Assembly (NCBI GenBank): GCA_964057225.1
Contig: OZ059895.1
Coordinates: 4,340,001-4,404,000 of the forward strand
DNA from: Auanema rhodensis
Lineage: Eukaryota; Animalia; Nematoda
DNA: 64,000 bases
Reading direction: 5' to 3'
The notes below the pieces were generated by a model. It had not been told where the DNA came from and made no database searches. It was given only the letters and a program-made list of their open reading frames with translations. Numbering within the stretch: position 1 is the stretch's first letter; each line of letters opens with the position of its first letter. This document shows, one piece after another, positions 1 to 7,773 of this stretch. Made by a program: the position numbers and the translations under genes.

Positions 1-1449
1 GTTTGAAAAATGATGCATTAGTGTATGTTGAGTTTCCATGTACACTCAACATTGCTTCCAAAAACATTTTGACAAAAATTTTTTCGAAAAATTTCAAAAT
101 AATTTAGCAAAAAGTAGATGTTTTTAGATTCCTTTTTTTAAGGCAAAGATGATGGACAATGTTATTCAACGAAAAAATTAATTCTTCAGGGTGAAAATCG
201 AGGATATAAGTGTGAACTTATATCAGTTGATATCTCGGTGAATTTTTAAGCTAGCGCAAATCTGATAACACAGATCGACGCAGCTTAAAAATCCGCATCG
301 AATGCACTATACTTCATTGAGAAACGCTTAATACAAAAATTAGTTATGATCGTTTGAAAAATGATGCATTAGTGTATGTTGAGTTTCCATGTACACTCAA
401 CATTGCTTCCAAAAACATTTTGACAAAAATTTTTTCGAAAAATTTCAAAATAATTTAGCAAAAAGTAGATGTTTTTAGATTCCTTTTTTTAAGGCAAAGA
501 TGATGGACAATGTTATTCAACGAAAAAATTAATTCTTCAGGGTGAAAATCGAGGATATAAGTGTGAACTTATATCAGTTGATATCTCGGTGAATTTTTAA
601 GCTAGCGCAAATCTGATAACACAGATCGACGCAGCTTAAAAATCCGCATCGAATGCACTATACTACATTGAGAAACGCTTAATACAAAAATTAGTTATGA
701 TCGTTTGAAAAATGATGCATTAGTGTATGTTGAGTTTCCATGTATACTCAACATTGCTTCCAAAAACATTTTGACAAAAATTTTTTCGAAAAATTTCAAA
801 ATAATTTAGCAAAAAGTAGATGTTTTTAGATTTCTTTTTTTAAGGCAAAGATGATGGACAATGTTATTCAACGAAAAAATTAATTCTTCAGGGTGAAAAT
901 CGAGGATATAAGTGTGAACTTATATCAGTTGATATCTCGGTGAATTTTTAAGCTAGCGCAAATCTGATAACACAGATCGACGCAGCTTAAAAATCCGCAT
1001 CGAATGCATTATACTACATTGAGAAACGCTTAATACAAAAATTAGTTATGATCGTTTGAAAAATGATGCATTAGTGTATGTTGAGTTTCCATGTACACTC
1101 AACATTGCTTCCAAAAACATTTTGACAAAAATTTTTTCGAAAAATTTCCAAATAATTTAGCAAAAAGTAGATGTTTTTAGATTCCTTTTTTTAAGGCAAA
1201 AATGATGGACAATGTTATTAAACGAAAAAATTAATTCTTCAGGGTGAAAATCGAGGATATAAGTGTGAACTTATATCAGTTGATATCTCGGTGCATTTTT
1301 AAGCTAGCGCAAATCTGATAACACAGATCGACGCAGCTTAAAAATCCGCATCGAATGCACTATACTACATTGAGAAACGCTTAATACAAAAATTAGTTAT
1401 GATCGTTTGAAAAATGATGCATTAGTGTATGTTGAGTTTCCATGTACAC
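1..1449. repeat. 351-bp tandem satellite array, left segment (4 full monomers plus the first 45 bp of the interrupted one)
   Basis: GTTTGAAAAATGATGCATTAG recurs at 1, 352, 703, 1054 and 1405. Monomers differ only by a few substitutions. Confidence 0.99.
1446..1449 (+). other. Target-site duplication, left copy (ACAC)
   Basis: An empty monomer reads CATGT-ACAC-TCAAC. The filled site reads CATGT-ACAC-[element]-ACAC-TCAAC. Confidence 0.9.
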
Positions 1450-1933
1450 TGAAATACAAATGTGGAAAGAAAAGACAAAGAAAGGGAAGAGAAATAAATT
1501 TATTGAAAACAAAAGGAAACTTATAAAAATACAAAATATAATTGAACTGTCAAAATATGAAATAAAATTGTTTACATCAACAATTTTAGGCCAAATAATC
1601 ATTTTAATCATTTTATCATTTTATCTTAGATGTTCAGGTTGTTTGCATGGTGTTTACAAGCGTTGAGTTGATAACCTGCCAATAAAGTAACATCTTGAAA
1701 TCTTAAACTGAAACTATAATATATATATATATTCTTGTTCTCCGTAACAAGACAAATCTAATTATGCTAATTTCACGTATCTAACTATGCGTTATAAATT
1801 ATGTGATTTTATAAATTGCATTGATGGTTAAGAAAGCTCAAGTTAACCATTTAATGGGATGTAACTAAGAAATTATTTGAATAAGCAATCATTAAACCTT
1901 CATTTAGTTGTGGTTTTGAACACATTTGTGACA
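1450..1933 (-). repeat. 3' LTR (484 bp)
   Basis: Direct repeat of 7774-8257 (offset 6324), preceded on the minus strand by the PPT. Confidence 0.97.
1499..1504 (-). terminator. Candidate polyadenylation signal AATAAA in the 3' LTR (copy at 7823-7828)
   Basis: About 50 nt from the LTR end and followed on the minus strand by a U-rich/pyrimidine tract. Confidence 0.55.
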
Positions 1934-1947
1934 TCCCCGGCCTTTCT
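1934..1947 (-). promoter_or_regulatory. Polypurine tract (AGAAAGGCCGGGGA)
   Basis: Purine-rich tract (12 of 14) directly abutting the 3' LTR on the minus strand. Confidence 0.85.
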
Positions 1948-4900
1948 ATATTCTCGTCCCGAGAATATATAGTAGAAAAAAAATTTTTTTTTTTTTTTTT
2001 TCATATCTCACTTCTACCATCCCCGGCCTTTTTTCTATTCTTGTCCCGAGAATAAGAATAAAACAAATTGATTCTTTCAAACAAAGAATCCCAAAGTTTT
2101 GCTCTCTCCAGAAACAAATTTGTTCTGCTTCATTAGGAAGATGGATTTTGCCTGGGCACTCAAACAGAGGATGACATGCATCTTTAGGCGTGACTTCGAC
2201 GTGTCTGAAAAAAGACAAATAATTAATCTCAATAATATTTTTAGATTTTCTGATTTTTTCCAACTTCATATCGTCAATATTTTCAGGGAGTGTGATTAAT
2301 TGTTGAAAAGGTACAATAATCGGTTCACTTTTTCCTGTGATATCAGTAATCAAAGCAGAAGTTTTCTTCACTTCTAGAACTCGGAAAGGTCCTTTCATAT
2401 CAAAGATCAATTTTGGTATTGTGTGACCCCTTTTTTGTGTTAGGGTTTTGAGATACACTCGATCTCCTACTTTAGGTATTTGAACCCTTTCTCTCAAGTT
2501 TTTGTTATCGTAAGCTGTTTTGAAGCGAGCTTTTTCGGCTTCATTTTTTTCTTGAGCTATTCTACGAACTAATGCTAAATTAGTTGTGATATCACGTTTG
2601 TACGCTGGTATTCCCTCCGTATTCTTTTGAATACTATCTTGTGGGGGTTCTATTGCGGATGGATAAACTGGTTCTATCCCATGCAAAAGATAGAATGGTG
2701 ATTCACCCGTTGCCTCATGTGGCGTAGTGTTGTAAGCAAACACTATATAAGGAAGAACTGTATCCCAATTTCTCTGATCTTCCACAGATTTTTTGAGTCC
2801 ACGTAGTATTGTTTGGTTCACTCTCTCAGTTATACCGTTTATTCTTGGATTATATCCATATGTGGAGATCCAATTAATTTTAGTTTTCTCTAATATTTCT
2901 TTCAGAACAGCGTTTGTGAATTCTGTTCCTTTATCAGACAAAATATTCTTAGGCCATTTCCCGCCCTCAAGTATCCATTTTTCCAAAATTATACTTGCAA
3001 TTATAGTTGCCGTTTTGTTGGGGATGGCATATGCATTCATCCATTTCGTGAAATCAATTATCACAAGAATATATTTATTGCCTTTGTATGACTGTCCTAT
3101 TTGAAGAACATCAACCCCAATTATTTCAAACGGTTTCTCTGTGTTTATTGGACAGAGTGGAGCAACATAGCTCCTTTTGTTTGTCATAAAACATTTTTTA
3201 CATTCTTTGTGCCATTTATGCACATTCGAACTGAGCCCATTCCAAAAAAATTGCTTTTTCAGTTTTCTAATAATTTTTTGTGGACCAAAGTGTGCCCCAA
3301 AAAGACCTTTATGACATTCTTCATAAATCTTTTTTCTTTTTGAATGAGGAATAACTAATCTATAGTCACCATCATTATTGACATAAAACAATCGGTTCTC
3401 ATTGATAACAAAATCACCGACAAAAGTTTTTTCAGGATGATTTGGTAGAAAGATTCTATCTTTCAGTTCACCTTTGTTCAATTTATCGATTATTTCTCCA
3501 AATATTTCATCAGATTTTAATTCTTCGATATGATCATCAGTGATATCTATCGAACAAACATAATTTATTCCAAGTTCTTCACTTTCATTTTCTAAAGAAT
3601 CATTGAATGGCACTCCTCTAGATAGAGCATCTGCTACTATGTTTGTTTTTCCTTTCACATATTCAATGTTAACATTGAATCTTTGAACAATCAAACTCCA
3701 TCTCAAAATTCTTCCATTAGCCGTCCTTTTTAGAAGGCATGTTAATGGTTTGTGATCAGTGCGAACTGTCGTGTTTTTCATATTATATAGATAATATTGA
3801 AATTTATTTAGCGAAAAGACTACAGCTAGTGCTTCTAAATCTGTCACATGGTATCGCGACTCAGCTTTAGTCAACCCTTTCGACACAAAAGAAATTGGAT
3901 GTAAAAATTCATCTTTTCCTTTCTGGCACAATACCGCTCCAACTCCTGATGAGCAAGCATCACAGTATATGATGAATGGGTTTTTCCCACTCATAGCCCC
4001 CTCGACATCAGGTTGCATTAAAATAGGGGCAGTAGTCATAGCTTGTTTTAAATGTACAAAAGCATTTTTCCTCAGCGATGTCCATTCCCACTGATTTTTT
4101 TCACTAGTCATTTCATGTAAAGGCTTAGCAATTGCGGCAAATTTATGAATAAATTTCCTATAATATGATGCCATTCCCAAAAAAGTTCGTAGTTCGGCAA
4201 CAGTTTTGGGAATTTCATAATTAACAATTGCTTTAATTTTTTCAGGGTCAGCATGAATCCCTTGCCCATCTAATTTATGTCCGAGATATTTGATTTCTCT
4301 CTGCATAAGTTTACATTTCGAAGCTTTCAAAGACAAGTTAGCGTTTTTCACCGCTTCAAATACTTTTTTTATTACTTCCATATGGCGCTCCACCGTTTCA
4401 GTGGCTATTAGTATATCATCAATGTAGACGAATACTTCATTTGTTTGTAACAATGTCCCTAATACAGTATCCATCATTCGTTGGAACGTAGGTGGACTAG
4501 TAGCTAATCCGAAAGGACAAACTAAAAATTGAAATAGCCCTTCACTTGTAATGAAAGCCGTTTTCTCTTTATCATTTTCGTCTAACTTGATCTGCCAAAA
4601 CCCAGAGCAAAGATCGAAAGTAGAAAAGATTTTTTTATCTTTCAATGATCTCAAAAGAAGATCAATTGTAGGAATTGGATAAGCATCCAATTTCAGAATT
4701 TTATTTAATTCTCGATAATCAATACATAGACGTAGTGATTTATCTTTTTTTTCTACTAGTACAATAGGACTAGCCCAAGCGCTTTTACTTGGTTCTATTA
4801 TTTTTCTTTTTAATAAACCATCCAGAAGATCTCGAAAATGTGTCCTGGCTCCAAATGGAACTGGTCTCACTTTTTGTCTAATCGGCACATGATCTGCAGT

Positions 4901-7270
4901 ATCTATTTTCATGACTACTGCATTGGTATGCGTTAAATCTGCATCTACCAAAGCAAAAATATCATAATTAGAAGATATGACCTCATGCAGTTCTCCTTCT
5001 ATGGAAAACCCACTCGATTTTGTTAATACTTCTAGTACATTTTCTCTCTTTCTTTCTGGATCGGAGGGTTTACATCCCTGATCAAGCATTTCTGCATCAG
5101 TGTTTATTTTTGAATGTAACAGACATTCTGGGTTTTTTATTGATGAATCAACATCATCACTACTCCATTCCCCAATTATTTCGTTTTTTCGCATAATTTT
5201 TGGAGAATACGAGGTATTCGCTACTAAAATTTCAGTTTCGTCACTTTCGTTTAGTGTACAAATTCCTGAAGGTATAGTATCTATTTTAGAGTTTAAATAG
5301 TTACTCTCATTTTTACCTCCCGTAACTCTAACCCATTTTTGAGTTTTCGGTGGAATTACCACTCTTTCTAAAACTCGTGCTTGCTCATTTACAAACCTCA
5401 AAGAAAAATTAAAAGCTGCCAGCATATTTGTTCCCATTATTATTTTCTCTTGTTTATCTTTTCTGACGAGAAAAGGGACTACTGCTGTAATGTTGTTATC
5501 GCAACATGTAACAGACATTTTTACGGCTCCAACAAATTTCATACTTTCTCCTGAAGCATTCTGAACTGTGCCGAAAGAATCAATATCAATCCTAAGAATT
5601 TCTAGATATTGTTCAATATTGTTACATTTGAGCAACTTTTGTAGTAAACCAGTGGTTACTACTGATATCTGAGACCCAGAATCTATAAGACTTGGTATTC
5701 TCACTTGTTCACAAAGTATGAAATCGAAAAGGGTTTGTTTCCCTACTATTTCAGTAACTTCTCTTTTTGTGACACTTATATTATTACTCCAAGCGTTTAT
5801 CTCGTTATTGAGTAATGGTTTCATTTTCTCATAACTGGGTTGCTTGTATTGGAGTTTGTCCACTATCTGGTTCTTGTTATTTTCTTGTTCCCTCTTTCTT
5901 TTGAAACAATTTGAACCAGAGTGTCCAGATTTTCCACAATAAAAGCATGGTGGATTGTCATGCACTTTTCTTTCTTTCCGTTCGTATTTTCGTTTCATAT
6001 CCCGAGCTACTTCGTGAGTAGACGAAACTTTTTTGAATGAATTATCCAACGTTTTTTCTCTCCTGCTTGCTTGATTTCTTTCACAACGGAGGGCAATATC
6101 TCTGATTTTGTCATAGAGAAATTCATTTTTCTCATTTTCTAGTATGTCTAACAACATCATACTACATCGACATCTCAGTAACGTGTTATATAACGCGTTC
6201 GCTCTTTCAAAAGCTAGTTCTTCAGCACTTAACTCCGGGTGGGCAATCTGTGTCAAACTTTCGAGCGTGTTACAATAATGAAGCAAAGATTTGCACTTTG
6301 CTACATCGAGATCTTTCAATGATTGTAAAGCTTTAGCTCGTTCGCGACGACTAGAACTGATAGAATTACTGTTTAAACTAGCAACTATCTCCTCCACCGT
6401 ACTCATTCTTACTTTCTCTGGCAAGCAATCAAATTTTTCTTTTATTTGACCCCCCAGTTTAGAAATAAACATCAATCTGCGTGATGCACTTGAAAAAATT
6501 TCTAATGGATATTTTTCATTAAAATTTTCTACGAACCCTCTCCATGCATTTTCACTACCATTCGTGAATGTTAATACATCCGGAAGCATTTGCATACGTA
6601 ATAGGTCCATTATCTTTCCACTAACGTTATCGTTTTCAGACATAATAAGACTCTTACCTGGAGTATAAGGCTCGGTACTCGGTATTCTGTACTTTTCTAG
6701 ATGCCTCTGTAATTTAGGTTGATACGTTGCAGTACTAGAAAAAGTTTTACCTTCATTATTCAAGTTTAGTTGATCCATTTTATCAACATCAATGTCAATA
6801 TCAACATCTACATCCACATTGTTCTGAAAAATTAATAATTCAATTGTTTCAGGAAGATGTGTAATTTCACAATCCATTATTTGACAACACTTCGTTATGT
6901 TGGAGTTCAAATTATAAACTGTACTGAATAGTTCCTCTTTAGAAACATTCAATAATTCAGCAAGATTTTTCATAAGAACACTTGCTTCTCGTTCTCTTAA
7001 AATTAAGTCTAATTTTTCCGAATTATTCTGTTGAACGGACAGAAACTCTGTTTTAGAATTCTCATGCTCTTCTACTATTTGAGCGGTACGAGAACAATTT
7101 TTTAAGACAGTAGTTACTGAATCTAAAGCTGTAATCGATTCGATTCGTGCTTTAGACAGTCTAGAAGTCAATCGTATTATTGACTTTTTGACTTTTTCGA
7201 TAACATCAATAGCATTATCGATTTCCTCTTTATGAAAACTATGACCAACCTCATATTCATTAGTAGCCAT
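1946..7270 (-). CDS. gag-pol: Gag-Pol polyprotein, single ORF, 1774 aa
   Basis: CFYCGKSGHSGSNC zinc knuckle; LIDSGSQ aspartic protease; RT motifs (LCIDYRELN, FDLCSGFWQI, PFGL, YIDD); RNase H (YCDAC, ELA-like DLEALA, TDHKPL, ADALSR); integrase HHCC, DDE core and GPF motif. No internal stop or frameshift. Confidence 0.96.
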   Translation of the reverse strand: MATNEYEVGHSFHKEEIDNAIDVIEKVKKSIIRLTSRLSKARIESITALDSVTTVLKNCSRTAQIVEEHENSKTEFLSVQQNNSEKLDLILREREASVLMKNLAELLNVSKEELFSTVYNLNSNITKCCQIMDCEITHLPETIELLIFQNNVDVDVDIDIDVDKMDQLNLNNEGKTFSSTATYQPKLQRHLEKYRIPSTEPYTPGKSLIMSENDNVSGKIMDLLRMQMLPDVLTFTNGSENAWRGFVENFNEKYPLEIFSSASRRLMFISKLGGQIKEKFDCLPEKVRMSTVEEIVASLNSNSISSSRRERAKALQSLKDLDVAKCKSLLHYCNTLESLTQIAHPELSAEELAFERANALYNTLLRCRCSMMLLDILENEKNEFLYDKIRDIALRCERNQASRREKTLDNSFKKVSSTHEVARDMKRKYERKERKVHDNPPCFYCGKSGHSGSNCFKRKREQENNKNQIVDKLQYKQPSYEKMKPLLNNEINAWSNNISVTKREVTEIVGKQTLFDFILCEQVRIPSLIDSGSQISVVTTGLLQKLLKCNNIEQYLEILRIDIDSFGTVQNASGESMKFVGAVKMSVTCCDNNITAVVPFLVRKDKQEKIIMGTNMLAAFNFSLRFVNEQARVLERVVIPPKTQKWVRVTGGKNESNYLNSKIDTIPSGICTLNESDETEILVANTSYSPKIMRKNEIIGEWSSDDVDSSIKNPECLLHSKINTDAEMLDQGCKPSDPERKRENVLEVLTKSSGFSIEGELHEVISSNYDIFALVDADLTHTNAVVMKIDTADHVPIRQKVRPVPFGARTHFRDLLDGLLKRKIIEPSKSAWASPIVLVEKKDKSLRLCIDYRELNKILKLDAYPIPTIDLLLRSLKDKKIFSTFDLCSGFWQIKLDENDKEKTAFITSEGLFQFLVCPFGLATSPPTFQRMMDTVLGTLLQTNEVFVYIDDILIATETVERHMEVIKKVFEAVKNANLSLKASKCKLMQREIKYLGHKLDGQGIHADPEKIKAIVNYEIPKTVAELRTFLGMASYYRKFIHKFAAIAKPLHEMTSEKNQWEWTSLRKNAFVHLKQAMTTAPILMQPDVEGAMSGKNPFIIYCDACSSGVGAVLCQKGKDEFLHPISFVSKGLTKAESRYHVTDLEALAVVFSLNKFQYYLYNMKNTTVRTDHKPLTCLLKRTANGRILRWSLIVQRFNVNIEYVKGKTNIVADALSRGVPFNDSLENESEELGINYVCSIDITDDHIEELKSDEIFGEIIDKLNKGELKDRIFLPNHPEKTFVGDFVINENRLFYVNNDGDYRLVIPHSKRKKIYEECHKGLFGAHFGPQKIIRKLKKQFFWNGLSSNVHKWHKECKKCFMTNKRSYVAPLCPINTEKPFEIIGVDVLQIGQSYKGNKYILVIIDFTKWMNAYAIPNKTATIIASIILEKWILEGGKWPKNILSDKGTEFTNAVLKEILEKTKINWISTYGYNPRINGITERVNQTILRGLKKSVEDQRNWDTVLPYIVFAYNTTPHEATGESPFYLLHGIEPVYPSAIEPPQDSIQKNTEGIPAYKRDITTNLALVRRIAQEKNEAEKARFKTAYDNKNLRERVQIPKVGDRVYLKTLTQKRGHTIPKLIFDMKGPFRVLEVKKTSALITDITGKSEPIIVPFQQLITLPENIDDMKLEKIRKSKNIIEINYLSFFRHVEVTPKDACHPLFECPGKIHLPNEAEQICFWREQNFGILCLKESICFILILGTRIEKRPGMVEVRYEKKKKKIFFLLYILGTRI
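2330..3350 (-). other. Integrase: HHCC zinc finger, DDE core, GPY/F module; no chromodomain recognised (bounds approximate)
   Basis: HKGLFGAH...CKKC; IGVD...SDKGTEF...NGITERVN; YNTTPH...SPF; KGPFRV. Confidence 0.92.
3615..3980 (-). other. RNase H domain, Ty3/Gypsy type (bounds approximate)
   Basis: IIYCDACSSGVGAVLCQ ... LEALAVV ... TDHKPL ... NIVADALSR. Confidence 0.92.
4270..4890 (-). other. Reverse transcriptase domain (bounds approximate)
   Basis: YIDD at 4415-4426, plus SAWASPIVLV, LCIDYRELN and YLGH motifs. Confidence 0.95.
5400..5730 (-). other. Retropepsin-type aspartic protease domain (bounds approximate)
   Basis: Catalytic DSG at 5675-5683 and a C-terminal IIMGTNML motif. Confidence 0.88.
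5906..5947 (-). other. Gag nucleocapsid CCHC zinc knuckle
   Basis: C-X2-C-X4-H-X4-C: CFYCGKSGHSGSNC. Confidence 0.93.
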
Positions 7271-7587
7271 TTTCGCGAGAAAAAAAATTCTTCTGTTGCA
7301 ATACCTGCAAATGAATTTTATTAAATTTTTGTTTTAACAAAACAAAACACAGTTTATACGTAAAACGACGTATAATAAACTATGAAAGCAATAAGCTGTA
7401 AGCTACAACTATCACTATAAAAGTACCTAATCCAGCAAGAAGTTCCTCTACTGATAATTCCAAAAAAATTATCAAGATAAAATCTCGAAACAAAACAAAA
7501 CAGCTCTGTTGCTCTTCAAACTTTCAAAGCTAACAGTTTTGATCGGAAAACAAAAGTTTTACCTAATCAAAAAACACTTCAATGTTT

Positions 7588-7624
<37 letters not shown>

Positions 7625-7761
7625 GGAACTCTAATCGAGCTGATTTGGCTAAAACCAACGCTAAACGCGTGAAACTTTTGTGAACTTAGCGTTCAAGTTT
7701 CAAGAATACAATGAAAATACACAATTATATTCTTAGTGACTGAAAACCATAAGCTGGTTTA

Positions 7762-7773
7762 GTTCGGCCCCCA
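7762..7773 (-). promoter_or_regulatory. Primer-binding site, tRNA-Pro type (TGGGGGCCGAAC)
   Basis: Starts with TGG immediately after the 5' LTR. It is complementary over 12 nt to ...GTTCGGCCCCCA, the C. elegans-type tRNA-Pro 3' end as recalled (not searched). Confidence 0.85.

Noticed and set aside
139-145. Telomere-like TTAAGGC
   Set aside because: A single imperfect copy per monomer, not a TTAGGC tract.
1-351. Tandem RNA gene cluster (5S, SL1, tRNA, snRNA)
   Set aside because: No recognisable 5S, spliced-leader or tRNA sequence or Pol III boxes in the monomer. An Rfam/Infernal scan would be the formal test.
1-351. Internal ~175-bp dimer structure of the monomer
   Set aside because: The two halves do not align by eye. 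Only a short AAAAATGATG is shared, at an offset of about 140 bp.
348-364. CENP-B-box-like motif (GATCGTTTGAAAAATGA)
   Set aside because: It lacks the CGGG half and only part of the core matches, which is expected by chance.
1446-1450. 5-bp TSD ACACT
   Set aside because: T1450 is needed for the TG LTR terminus and is present in the other LTR at 7774. The TSD is 4 bp with a 1-nt coincidental match.
1393-1666. 72-aa and 74-aa ORFs, and the 68-aa copy at 7784-7990
   Set aside because: Chance ORFs in AT-rich LTR or LTR-satellite junction sequence with low-complexity translations.
2099-5300. Short + strand ORFs (2099, 2793, 3101, 5100)
   Set aside because: Antisense shadows of the gag-pol frame with no recognisable motifs.
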